Assembly (NCBI GenBank): GCA_965203905.1
Contig: CBDBDQ010000005.1
Location: 416,001-480,000 of the forward strand
DNA length: 64,000 nucleotides
Direction of reading: 5' to 3'
From: Spirochaetia bacterium
GTDB taxonomy: Bacteria > Spirochaetota > Spirochaetia > SZUA-6 > Bin103
Shown here: positions 39,755 to 48,989 of the stretch, in pieces
Position numbering within the stretch: position 1 is the stretch's first letter
Layout of the letters: each line of letters opens with the position of its first letter
Translations under genes and position numbers: made by a program
The notes under the pieces: model-generated
What the model was told of the DNA's origin: nothing
The model's database searches: none
Seen by the model: the letters and a program-made list of their open reading frames with translations, nothing else

Positions 39755-40006
39755 ATGATCGGGCCCAACGGGGAGAAGCGCCCCAACGACGTGATAGCCA
39801 ACGCAGTGCTGGCGGCCAAGATCGCCGCCGGCGAGGCCGATGAAGAGTACGTTGATCTGGACAGTCAGCGGGGAGGCCGCAAAGGCGGCAAAGCCAGGGC
39901 TGGCAGCCTGACTCCAGAGAGGCGCCGTGAGATTGCCAAGAAGGCAGCCGCTACCCGATGGAAGAAGTCACAGGAGAACGATGGGGAAACAAGCAAGAGA
40001 GCTTAG
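39755..40006 (+). CDS. Small basic KGG-motif protein
   Basis: 'GPNGEKRPNDVIANAV...GGRKGGKARAGSLTPERRREIAKKAAATRW'. Confidence 0.8.
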   Translation: MIGPNGEKRPNDVIANAVLAAKIAAGEADEEYVDLDSQRGGRKGGKARAGSLTPERRREIAKKAAATRWKKSQENDGETSKRA

Positions 40007-40400
40007 ATGGTGGAAGTTCTTGGCCAAGGCAGACGCCAATCGTCCAGGTTCAGGGAGCCAAATGAACCGTATACGACTCACACAAAGTTCGTTACGGAAC
40101 AAGAATATAGGTAAAAACTGGTTTAGAGATGTGTTCTTCGGAGGGTGCAACTGGACAACCAGATACGAATCAGAAGTAGCTAAGGTTCCGTTTCTTGTCA
40201 CGATAGATGGACAGGATATAGGAGTCCGGCGGCTTACGGTAAGCTATGATCCGGCGCGGCCCCAAAACAACAATGCTCCGACAACCCATATCATTTGGGA
40301 TGCGGTGATACGAAGCTGGCTTGATGACGCTGACTACTCTGGCTGCAAGTGTACGATTCGTAGAGATTCAGAAGGGACGTTTCATCTTCAGATTGAATGA
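39981..40400 (+). CDS. Hypothetical protein, possibly a stand-alone restriction-enzyme DNA-recognition domain
   Basis: GGAG RBS; low GC; 'WFRDVFF..W', 'F.V.IDG', 'QNN..TT...W' resemble C-terminal domains of PLD-family REases (recollection, unverified). Confidence 0.5.
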   Translation: MGKQARELRWWKFLAKADANRPGSGSQMNRIRLTQSSLRNKNIGKNWFRDVFFGGCNWTTRYESEVAKVPFLVTIDGQDIGVRRLTVSYDPARPQNNNAPTTHIIWDAVIRSWLDDADYSGCKCTIRRDSEGTFHLQIE

Positions 40401-41190
40401 GATTCTGTCTCCTGGAAACCATAGCGCAACAGTTAGCCTCTAACTCAAGGCGACTCCGCGCTACCTCAATCAAATCTACCTTGCTACGTGTGAACCTGTA
40501 AGACTGCTCGTTGAGTTCTATCCCAAGGCACTGTCGTCCTGTCTTGGCGGCAGCCACCAGGAAGCTCCCTGAGCCAAAACAGCTATCGAGAACCATATCG
40601 CCTGGTTTTGTATAGGTTTCGATCAAGTACTCACCGAGAGCAACCGGTTTTTGGGTAGGGTGCCATACTGTTCTCTCAGCTTCTGACTCTGCCGTCTTGA
40701 AGTAGATTACGTCGGTAGGGTATCGAGCGCCAGAAGAATGAATATGAGAAGGGTGAAATACTCCATAGGAGCCGGTTAGTTGATTTTTTCGGACACCTTT
40801 GTCATACGCCTCACCGTTGGTCATCTGCGGTATGTATGTCGGCTGGCGTCCGTAGAACACACATATGTCTTCGTGCTTGCGAAGCGGTTGACGACTTGCG
40901 TTGAGAAAATTGGTTGCCTTAGACTTCACCCAAGCTATTTTGTACTTGAACCATTCAGGACAGCTTAGTATGAGTTTTGCCGTAAAGACTCCCTGTCCCA
41001 TTAGGATCACCGCTCCGCGTGGCGACAACAACCGTTTATATTGGACCCAAAGGGAACGTAGATCAATCGTGCAGTCCCATTTGTTTTGTGTCGTACCATA
41101 AGGAAGATCGGTAAGCACCAAATCGATGCATCTATCAGGGAGCTGGGGCATCACCTCAAGGCAGTCCCCCTCGATTATCGTGGCAGTCAT
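40291..41190 (-). CDS. Site-specific DNA methyltransferase (N6A/N4C, beta class)
   Basis: 'GDCLEVM', motif IV 'DLPY', 'HPTQKP', motif I 'VLDSCFGSGS'. Confidence 0.92.
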   Translation of the reverse strand: MTATIIEGDCLEVMPQLPDRCIDLVLTDLPYGTTQNKWDCTIDLRSLWVQYKRLLSPRGAVILMGQGVFTAKLILSCPEWFKYKIAWVKSKATNFLNASRQPLRKHEDICVFYGRQPTYIPQMTNGEAYDKGVRKNQLTGSYGVFHPSHIHSSGARYPTDVIYFKTAESEAERTVWHPTQKPVALGEYLIETYTKPGDMVLDSCFGSGSFLVAAAKTGRQCLGIELNEQSYRFTRSKVDLIEVARSRLELEANCCAMVSRRQNLIQSEDETSLLNLYESYTCSQSSQRHQASFVSPHPK

Positions 41191-41262
41191 GTACCAAGTT
41201 CTCCCACAATGGTCGGTTGCAAATCGACAATTCTGAGTGAATCTTCAAAATGCTCAATATGC

Positions 41263-41291
41263 TTGACCCGAGCGCTTCGTCATGGTACCTT
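41263..41291 (+). promoter_or_regulatory. Putative promoter of the transposase (leaderless)
   Basis: TTGACC-N17-TACCTT, 6 bp before the ATG at 41298. Confidence 0.5.
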
Positions 41292-41297
41292 AGAGAC

Positions 41298-42209
41298 ATG
41301 AACAGGTTGCCGACTGAGAAGCGTGCGCAGATCCTTAAGATGCTGGTCGAGGGGATGTCGATGCGGGCTACGGCCCGCGTTGCTGGCGTTTCGTTCAACA
41401 CCATCGCCAAGCTGCTCATGGAGGCCGCCGACGCGGCGGACGCCTACCACGATGAGCATGTGCGCGGCCTTCAGGGCCACCGGCACATCCAGTGCGATGA
41501 GATATGGGCATTCATCCACTGCAAAGAAGGCAGTCGCCAGTTCGCCAAGGCGGCCCCGGATGAGGCTGGCGACTCCTGGACCTGGACTGCCATCGACTCC
41601 GAAAGCAAGCTGATCGTCAGCTACCGGGTCAGCTCGCACCGCGACGGCGAAGCCGCCCTGCACTTCATGGACGATCTGCACCGCCGGGTCGAGAATCGAA
41701 TCCAGCTCTCCACGGACGGACTAAAGGCGTACCGCGAGGCAGTATGGGAGGCGTTCGGCCCCGACGTGGACTTCGCGCAGATCATCAAGGAGTACTGCAA
41801 GGCGGACGGCATCGACAACGAGCGGCGCTACAGCCCCGCGACGTGCAGCGCGATGGAAAAGATCGTCGTGCAGGGCGCGCCCGACCTGGACACGGCGAAC
41901 ACGAGCTACGTGGAGCGGCACAATCTGTCGATGCGGATGGGGATAAGGCGGTTCACGCGGCTGACCAACGCGTTCTCGAAGAAGCTGGAGAAGCACGCGG
42001 CGATGCAGGCGATCTACTTCTTCAGCTACAACCACGTGAAGCCGCACGGCTCGCTGCGGACGAAGGGCGACAACCGGGTGACGCCGGCGATGGCTTCAGG
42101 GATCGCGGAGCGCCCCGCGACGCTGGGTCAACTGGTGAAGCTCATGGATGAGCGGGCGCCGAAGCCGAACCGGCCGAAGACCTACCGGAAGCGCCCGGCG
42201 GCAGCCTGA
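41298..42209 (+). CDS. IS1-like DDE transposase
   Basis: HTH 'LVEGMSMRATARVAGVS'; 'IQCDEIW', 'STDGLKAY', 'SYVERHNLSMRMGIRRFTRLTNAFSKK'. Confidence 0.9.
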   Translation: MNRLPTEKRAQILKMLVEGMSMRATARVAGVSFNTIAKLLMEAADAADAYHDEHVRGLQGHRHIQCDEIWAFIHCKEGSRQFAKAAPDEAGDSWTWTAIDSESKLIVSYRVSSHRDGEAALHFMDDLHRRVENRIQLSTDGLKAYREAVWEAFGPDVDFAQIIKEYCKADGIDNERRYSPATCSAMEKIVVQGAPDLDTANTSYVERHNLSMRMGIRRFTRLTNAFSKKLEKHAAMQAIYFFSYNHVKPHGSLRTKGDNRVTPAMASGIAERPATLGQLVKLMDERAPKPNRPKTYRKRPAAA

Positions 42210-42371
42210 AAATATCTTTATTCAAAATGATGCACTACCCAGCAGCCATGATTGTTGACGGCGCTCGTGGAGCGTGCGATTGTTCGAGCGAGGAGTTCGG
42301 CCATACTTGGTAGGGGTCCGGTCTCGCCGGTCCCCGGGGCTGCGCGAACTCTGATACAGGGATGGATGTTG

Positions 42372-42596
42372 ATGAACCAGCTTCTGCAAAGGGCCTTCAG
42401 CAAGGCGGCCGAACTCCCGCAGGCGGAACAGGATAGATTCGCGCGATTTCTCCTGGCCGAGTTGGAATCCGAGCGGCGATGGGCCGAACTGTTTGGTCGT
42501 CCCGAGTCGGAGGACCTGCTGGAGCTGCTGGCCAGTGAGGCCTTGTCGGAGCACCATGCGGGGCGGACGCTGCCGCTCAAGGCAGAAGATCTATAG
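42372..42596 (+). CDS. Putative antitoxin
   Basis: 'LLQRAF..AAELP..EQD..A..LLAELESERRW..LF..SEDLL..LA.EAL.EH.AG.T'; directly upstream of the toxin. Confidence 0.75.
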   Translation: MNQLLQRAFSKAAELPQAEQDRFARFLLAELESERRWAELFGRPESEDLLELLASEALSEHHAGRTLPLKAEDL

Positions 42597-42598
42597 AT

Positions 42599-42868
42599 GT
42601 GCGTTCGTTCGCCCGAAAGAGCTTCTGGGAGGCATATCGACGCCTACCAGACCATGTGCGCCGACAGGCTCGGGAGTCCTACCGCTTCTTTGTGTTGGAT
42701 CCGCGTCACCCAAGCCTGGGGTTCAAGCGCGTGAGTCAGAGGTCTCCGGTGTACTCGGTACGCGTAAGCATCGACTATCGCGCTCTCGGCGTAATGGACC
42801 ACGGCGACATCGTGTGGTTCTGGATCGGCGCACACCACGAGTACGACAGACTTCTTGCGCGAAGGTAG
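42599..42868 (+). CDS. RelE/ParE-like toxin
   Basis: 'FWEAYRRLP..VR.QA...Y..F..DP.HPSL.FK....YSVRV..DYRALG....IVWFWIG.H.EYD'. Confidence 0.85.
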   Translation: MRSFARKSFWEAYRRLPDHVRRQARESYRFFVLDPRHPSLGFKRVSQRSPVYSVRVSIDYRALGVMDHGDIVWFWIGAHHEYDRLLARR

Positions 42869-42948
42869 CTGTGAGCGTTACGGCGATCGCGCGAGCATGT
42901 AACCTGCCGGTGCCCCGGGAACGCCGTCCAGGCATCGACCAGCGCGCA

Positions 42949-43790
42949 TTAATCCTTCAGCTCCGCTCTGGTCCCGATCCAGGCATGCATGTATATCTCC
43001 TTCAGCTCGTCAATTGAGAGGCCAACATCGGCTGCCCCAGACCGGCTGCAGGTGTCGGTGGCCAGCAGGTCGACCTGCTCCAGCCAGCGCGTCTCGTCCA
43101 CACCCGAATCCCTGATGGACAGGGGAATACCGACCTTCTGTTTGAGCTGATCCAACGCATCCAGGAGGTTGCTGATCTGCGTCTGGTCATCCTCTCCTGC
43201 TATGCCCAGTGACGTGGCCAGGCTGCAGAGGCGGGCCCTGTGGGTGGGGTAGAGGAAGGCGAACACCGGGCAGAGCAAGAAGGCATTGGCGCGGCCATGA
43301 GGAATGCGAAACGCGGCGCCCATGGCATGCGAGGGGACGTGAATGGGAGCGGGGGCCATCTGGGACAAGAGTGCTCGTCCGGTCCGGTTGCCGCTGTTGT
43401 CGTGGCGAGCGTTCCTCCCTGCATCCCCATCCCTGCCTGCAGAGAGGCCAGGTGTATCTTCTCTCTGGCTTGGAGATCCCTGCCGTCGGCTACTGCCGTC
43501 GGCAGCCATTTGAATTTGGTATTGGCTGCCCGGAGAGCGAGGGTGTCGCGCGCAGATGGATGATCAATCGACGTAACGTACCCCTCTACGGCGTGAATGA
43601 GGGCATCATATCCGCAGTCGGCCGTGACCGTTGGTGGCATCGTTAGGGTCAGCCCGTGGTCGACGATGGCGACATCCGGCACGAGCTGTTCAGAGAAGAC
43701 GCCGGTCTTGAGCGGTGGGTGCGCCTCCCCGTCGATGAAGATCGCCGCCCCGCTTACCTCGGAGGCGCTGCCGCTGGTGGTTGGGATTGT
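42949..43790 (-). pseudogene. Iron-containing alcohol dehydrogenase, frameshifted fragment
   Basis: 'IPTTSGSASEVS', 'PDVAIVD', 'DALIHAVEGY' in one frame and 'HAMGAAFRIPHGRANA' in another. Confidence 0.8.
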
Positions 43791-44128
43791 ACTTGAACAC
43801 GCAGACCCGGCGCAGGATCGTCACCTCCTCCGGGGCTGGCTCTTTGCCCAGGAAGTCCTCGGTGGGCCGGGCCGGGCACATGACGTAGCACGGCTCCCCC
43901 GGTTCGACGCCGGCCGGGAGGGGGGACACCGGGGTGAAATTGCGGTTATAGGGTTCCGCTTCCAGCCATCCCGTCGCGCCGACGGTGGGCTGACGCTATC
44001 AGGGTGGAGCTACGGGTCGAATCCGCACCGGCCCTGTGGGCAAACCGAGTCGCCGATTCCCGCCCGCCTGCAGCCCCCGCCCGCCTGGGGCCGCCCGCCC
44101 CGCCGCCGGCCGCCGGCCCCGCGTCGGC

Positions 44129-45772
44129 TCAGCTCAGTAGGAAGCCCTGGTAGCCGTCGGCCACCACCCGCTCACAGTGCTTCACGTAGTCGGGGAAGCC
44201 CGGCAGCGGCATGAACACGCGCGGCTTACCGGGGATATTGGCCCCCACGTACCAGGAGTTGCACTGCGGGTAGAGGTAGGTGTCGGCCTCGCTGTTGACG
44301 TGATCGACCCAGGCATCCTGCGCGCCGCCGTCTGCTTCTATGCAGCTGAGGTCGCGCTCACGCAGGTAGGCCATGCAGTCGGCCACCCACTCGATGTGCT
44401 GCTCGATCGCTACGACCATGTTGGTCAGCACCGATGGGCTCCCGGGGCCGGTAATGGTGAACATGTTGGGAAAGCCGGCGACCGTAAGCCCCAGATAGTT
44501 ACGGGGGCCTGCGGCCCATGCCTCCTGCAGTGACGTGCCATCACGTCCACGTATGTCGATGGCCAGCAACGCCCCGGTCATGCCGTCGAACCCGGTGGCA
44601 AACACGATGACGTCCAACTCGACCTCGGAGCCGTCAACGAGCTGGACGCCCACCGGCGTAATCGACTCGATCGGGTTGGACTTGATGTCCACCAGGCGAA
44701 CGTTGCTGCGATTGAAGGTCTCGAAGTAGCCGCTGTCGAGCACCGGACGCTTGCAGGCGATGAGGTAGTCGGGGCACAGCAGCTCGGCGACCTCGGGATC
44801 TTCGACGGTGGCACGGATCTTGCGACGGACAAACTCCGCCGCGGTATCGTTGGCGGCGCGACGGCGCAGCAGGTCGTTGAACGAGCCAAGAAACGGAAAC
44901 CCGCCAAGCTGCCAGCGCTCCTCGTAGACCCGCTCGCGTTCCTCGGGGTCCACTGCCAGCGCCGACACATCACGACGCGGCACGTGGGACAGCTGCGCGC
45001 TCCACTCCATCCGGTTGCGGGCGCGAAAGCCGGCGTAGTCCGCCTTGATCGCGGCTACCACGGCCGGGTCGACCGGGCGGTTGCGCGCCGGAATCGAGTA
45101 CTGGGCGGTGCGCTGGAACACCACCAGCTCGGCGGCCTGCGACGCGATTACCGGGGTGGCCTGTATCGCCGATGAGCCGGTGCCGATGACGCCCACCCGC
45201 TTGCCGACCAGATCGACGCCGTCGGCGGGCCACAGCCCGGTGTGCACCGTAGGTCCCGCGAAGCTGTCGATGCCCGGAATCTTCGGGTAGTTCACCTTCG
45301 ACAGGCAGCCCGCGGCCATGATCAGGAACTGCGCGTCGAACATCTGGCGGTGGTCGGTGGCGACCCGCCAGCGATTGTCATCCTCGTCGAAGACCGCGGA
45401 CCGGACGCGGGTGTCGAACTGTATGTCGCGCACCAGGTCGAATCGCGCCGCTACGTGCTGCAGATATTTCAGGATCTCGGGCTGAGTGGGATAGCGCTCA
45501 GGCCACTCCCACTCCTGCTGCAGCTCTTCGGAGAAGCTATAGGAGTACTCCATGGTGTCGGTGTCGCAGCGTGCCCCCGGGTACCGGTTCCAGTACCAGG
45601 TGCCACCTACTCCCGAACCGGCTTCGATGACTCGAGCGGTCAGCCCCAGCTCCCGCATCTTGTAGAGCGCGTACATGCCCGAGATGCCGGCTCCGACGAT
45701 CAGCGCATCCCACCTGTTCGCCTCCGCCTCCGCAGGCGGATGATCCGGGGCGCGGCGCGGCGCGGCTGCCAT
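44129..45772 (-). CDS. Baeyer-Villiger monooxygenase (cyclohexanone/phenylacetone monooxygenase-like)
   Basis: 'GAGISG', 'GGTWYWNRYPGARCD', BVMO fingerprint 'FAGPTVHTGLW', 'GTGSS', 'NSWYVGANIPGK'. Confidence 0.92.
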   Translation of the reverse strand: MAAAPRRAPDHPPAEAEANRWDALIVGAGISGMYALYKMRELGLTARVIEAGSGVGGTWYWNRYPGARCDTDTMEYSYSFSEELQQEWEWPERYPTQPEILKYLQHVAARFDLVRDIQFDTRVRSAVFDEDDNRWRVATDHRQMFDAQFLIMAAGCLSKVNYPKIPGIDSFAGPTVHTGLWPADGVDLVGKRVGVIGTGSSAIQATPVIASQAAELVVFQRTAQYSIPARNRPVDPAVVAAIKADYAGFRARNRMEWSAQLSHVPRRDVSALAVDPEERERVYEERWQLGGFPFLGSFNDLLRRRAANDTAAEFVRRKIRATVEDPEVAELLCPDYLIACKRPVLDSGYFETFNRSNVRLVDIKSNPIESITPVGVQLVDGSEVELDVIVFATGFDGMTGALLAIDIRGRDGTSLQEAWAAGPRNYLGLTVAGFPNMFTITGPGSPSVLTNMVVAIEQHIEWVADCMAYLRERDLSCIEADGGAQDAWVDHVNSEADTYLYPQCNSWYVGANIPGKPRVFMPLPGFPDYVKHCERVVADGYQGFLLS

Positions 45773-45973
45773 GGCCACACCGTAGCACATGCCGCGCGCA
45801 ACGTGGACAGCGGATTGCGCCATCGAACGGCGGCGGGTGGCCGGGCCGCCACACGCAGGACGCGTGCGGACGCACGTGGTAACGGCCCACGAATCGCCAT
45901 CGACAGCCGCTGGTGAGTGGGGGTGCGCAGCGTGCGGGCCCGCCGCGACGGTCCGTGCTACTATGCTGCGGTG

Positions 45974-48793
45974 ATGCAGACTGCGGCGTTGACGTCTCGT
46001 TCGTTTCTCGCCGGCGCGGCCGCCAAGCGCCGCGTCGCAGGCGTCGTGCTGCTGCTGGTCATCCTGGTGCCGTTCGCGGCGCTGAACCGGCTCCCCAAGC
46101 TGGATACGGTTCGCGAGGACCTCCGCGCCGCGCTCGCCCCCACCGCTCAGTGTTTTCAGGGGTTCTGCATCGAGGATCCCGACCGGGCGAGCAAAGAGAG
46201 CGGCTTCTTCGACCGTTGGTGGCGATTCTCCGTGACCTACCTCCAGCTCGTTGCCGTCGGGATGTTGTTCGCGTTTGCGGCCGCCGCCATCGCCGAGGCG
46301 TTTCTGGTCTCCGACCTGTCGGTGCGTGCAGGCCCCGCGACCGCGGCCACTGGACCCGGACGTTGGCGGCGCATCCTGAAGGGCGTCGGTCTCGGCCCCG
46401 TGCTCAACCTCTGTTCGGCCTGCATCGCTCCGGTGTCCAGCACGCTGCGGCGCGGCGGCATGGGAGTCGAGGGCGCGCTCGCCCTGGTGCACGGATCGGC
46501 CACGCTGAACGTGCCGTCGCTGCTGATGATCGCCGTGGTCTTCACCCCGCTGCTCGGTGCGAGCCGGCTCGTTCTCGGGTTGGTCGCAGCGTTCTCGCTG
46601 GGGCCCCTGGTCGCGTGGGCGACCCGCCGGCGGGGCGCGAGCCTCGACCACCGCGCGGGCGCCGAGGTCGCGTGCGAGCTGCCGGTAGTGGGAGCGGAGA
46701 CTGCGACCTGGTCGGAGGTGCTGCGCACCGGCGGCGCGCACTGGCTGCGCTCGTTCGTCCGCCTGGTGCGGCGCATGTTGCCGCTCATGATCGTGGCCGG
46801 CTTCGCCAGCGGCGCGGCGATCCAGGTATTGCAGCCACAGACCGTTACCGCCTACCTCGGCGACAGCCTGCTGGGGGTCCTCATCGCGGCGACGCTCGGT
46901 GTTCTGATCAACGTGCCGTTGCTGTTCGAGATCCCGCTCGTCGCGCTGCTGCTGATCCTCGGCGCCGGCACGGCGCCGGCCGCGGCCCTGCTGTTCGCCG
47001 CCGCCGCCGCCGGACCGGTTACCTTCCTCGCGCTCGCCAAGGCACTCGGTCGCCGCGGCGTCGCCGTCTACGCGGGCGGCACCTGGGCCATCGCCGTACT
47101 CGGGGGTTGCGCGGTGCTGCTGTTGGGGGCGCTGCTGGGGCCCCAGCGGGCGGCGCTGCGACTCGACGGTGGTCCGGCTACGGAGCGCGCCGGCCACGTC
47201 GGCGCCGTGCCCAACTCCATCGTGCTGGCCACCTGCGCCAGCGAGCCGGCGCTGTGCCCCGAGCAGAGCGGACTTCGTTGGCCGCACACCCCCACCGTCC
47301 ATGGGCACTCCGTGACCAGTGCCGGCGGCGCCGTCGGCGACTTCGACCGGGACGGTTGGCAAGACCTGTTCGTGCCGTCGGGCGGCACCGAGCCCGACCG
47401 GCTGTACATGAACAACGGCGACGGCAGGTTCACCGATCGCGCCGCCGAGGCGGGAATCGCGGACCGACATCACGGCTACGGCGCGGCCGTCGGGGACGTG
47501 GACGGCGACGGCTGGCTCGACATCTTCGTCATCAGCTATGGCAGCGTGGACCAACGCTTCACCATGCCCGGCAACCACCGCCTCTACCGCAACAACGGCG
47601 ACGGGACGTTCACCGACATCGCCGCTCGGGCGGGGGTGGCCACCACCAGCCTCAAGCAGCCGACCGGCACCAGCGCCAGCTTTGGCGACTACGACCTCGA
47701 CGGCGACCTGGACTTGGCCATTGCCTCGTGGTTCTACGGCGAGGGCGGCAACGCGCTGTTCCGCAACAACGGCGACGGGACGTTCGAGAACGTGACCTCG
47801 CTGTTGCCATTCCAGGGGAAGCGTGCCCCGATGGGGTATACGCCGCTGTTCGCCGACATGGATGGCGACCGCTACCCCGAGCTGCTGTGGGCCGGCGACT
47901 ACTTCACCAGCCGCTACCTCCGCAACGATGGTGGTGGCGGCTTTACCGACATTACCGAGCAAGCCCAGACCGGGCTGGACGCCAACGGCATGGGTGCGGC
48001 GGCAGCCGATCTCGACAACGACGGCAGGCTCGACTGGTTCGTCACCTCAATCAGCACACGGTATGCGATCGAGAAGGCGCCGGGTACCGGGAACTTCCTG
48101 TATCGCAACCAGGGCGACCATCGCTACGAGTCGGTCGGCGCCAGCGCCGGAGTCAAGGAGGGCGGCTGGGGATGGGGTGCCGTCGCGGTGGACCTGGACC
48201 ACGACGGCTGGCTCGACCTCGTGCAGACCAACGGCTGGGAGGGGCACAACGGCCGGGACGATCCCGAGTGGGCGTCCGAGGCGACCAGGGTGTTCCGCAA
48301 CCTCACCGCCGTTTCGCCTGGGCTGACCTTCGCCGACGTCGCCGAAGACGCGGGCCTGGTGCACCGCGGGCAGGGCCGGGGAGTGGTCCACCTCGACTAC
48401 GACAACGACGGCGACCAGGACCTGGTCATCTTCAACAACCGAGGCCTACCCACGTTGGTGCGCAACGAACTCGACCCGGGTGCGGACGGCAGCGGGCGCT
48501 GGCTGCGCGTGTTTCTGGATACCACAGCGCGGGCGGATCTGGCGCCCGACGGTTTCGGCAGCCTGGTTGCGGTGCGCGCCGGCGATCTTCGTCAGGTGCG
48601 CTACGTCGGCGCGGCGGCGGGCTACCTCGGCCCGTCCGAGCTGTCGGCCCATTTCGGTCTCGGCACCGCGCCGGTGGTGGACGAGCTGCAGGTGCACTGG
48701 CCCGACGGCAGCACCTCCACCTACCACCAGGTGCCCACCAACCGCACCCTCACCATCGTGGCGCGTCAGGAGTCTGTCGGATTGGCGCGTTAG
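45974..48793 (+). CDS. Fusion: ArsP/DUF318-like permease + FG-GAP repeats + ASPIC/UnbV domain
   Basis: N-terminal TM helices with 'LCSAC'; DFDRDG/DVDGDG repeats; C-terminal 'HFGLG...V.WPDG...V..N'. Confidence 0.75.
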   Translation: MQTAALTSRSFLAGAAAKRRVAGVVLLLVILVPFAALNRLPKLDTVREDLRAALAPTAQCFQGFCIEDPDRASKESGFFDRWWRFSVTYLQLVAVGMLFAFAAAAIAEAFLVSDLSVRAGPATAATGPGRWRRILKGVGLGPVLNLCSACIAPVSSTLRRGGMGVEGALALVHGSATLNVPSLLMIAVVFTPLLGASRLVLGLVAAFSLGPLVAWATRRRGASLDHRAGAEVACELPVVGAETATWSEVLRTGGAHWLRSFVRLVRRMLPLMIVAGFASGAAIQVLQPQTVTAYLGDSLLGVLIAATLGVLINVPLLFEIPLVALLLILGAGTAPAAALLFAAAAAGPVTFLALAKALGRRGVAVYAGGTWAIAVLGGCAVLLLGALLGPQRAALRLDGGPATERAGHVGAVPNSIVLATCASEPALCPEQSGLRWPHTPTVHGHSVTSAGGAVGDFDRDGWQDLFVPSGGTEPDRLYMNNGDGRFTDRAAEAGIADRHHGYGAAVGDVDGDGWLDIFVISYGSVDQRFTMPGNHRLYRNNGDGTFTDIAARAGVATTSLKQPTGTSASFGDYDLDGDLDLAIASWFYGEGGNALFRNNGDGTFENVTSLLPFQGKRAPMGYTPLFADMDGDRYPELLWAGDYFTSRYLRNDGGGGFTDITEQAQTGLDANGMGAAAADLDNDGRLDWFVTSISTRYAIEKAPGTGNFLYRNQGDHRYESVGASAGVKEGGWGWGAVAVDLDHDGWLDLVQTNGWEGHNGRDDPEWASEATRVFRNLTAVSPGLTFADVAEDAGLVHRGQGRGVVHLDYDNDGDQDLVIFNNRGLPTLVRNELDPGADGSGRWLRVFLDTTARADLAPDGFGSLVAVRAGDLRQVRYVGAAAGYLGPSELSAHFGLGTAPVVDELQVHWPDGSTSTYHQVPTNRTLTIVARQESVGLAR

Positions 48794-48989
48794 CGGCAGC
48801 TCCGACAGGACTCCGTACGGTAGGCGGGGCTGGGCCGCAAGCGACGCCGCGAGGCGGCGGTTTCGGGGCGCTGACGTGAACCCCGAGAACCTCAGCCGCA
48901 GCATCGGGCCGCTCACGCATGCCACGCAGCCGGTGCATCCTACCGCCCCCTGTACCCCCCACACACACTTTCAACCGACAAACAACTAA

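Larger units (their letters stand above)
39180..42239 (+). mobile_element. IS1-like cargo transposon with 19-bp IRs and 8-bp TSD
   Basis: Left GGTAGTGCATCAGTTTGAA (39180-39198); right TTCAAAATGATGCACTACC (42221-42239), 18/19 match; CAGCAGCC at 39172-39179 and 42240-42247. Confidence 0.92.

Noticed and set aside
39121-42310. Reconstructed hairpin as an integron attC site
   Set aside because: No RYYYAAC/GTTRRRY ends and no integrase in the window
44129-47962. 1277-aa ORF as a giant BVMO fusion
   Set aside because: The N-terminal 730 aa are the antisense shadow of the + strand permease/FG-GAP gene; the BVMO starts near 45772
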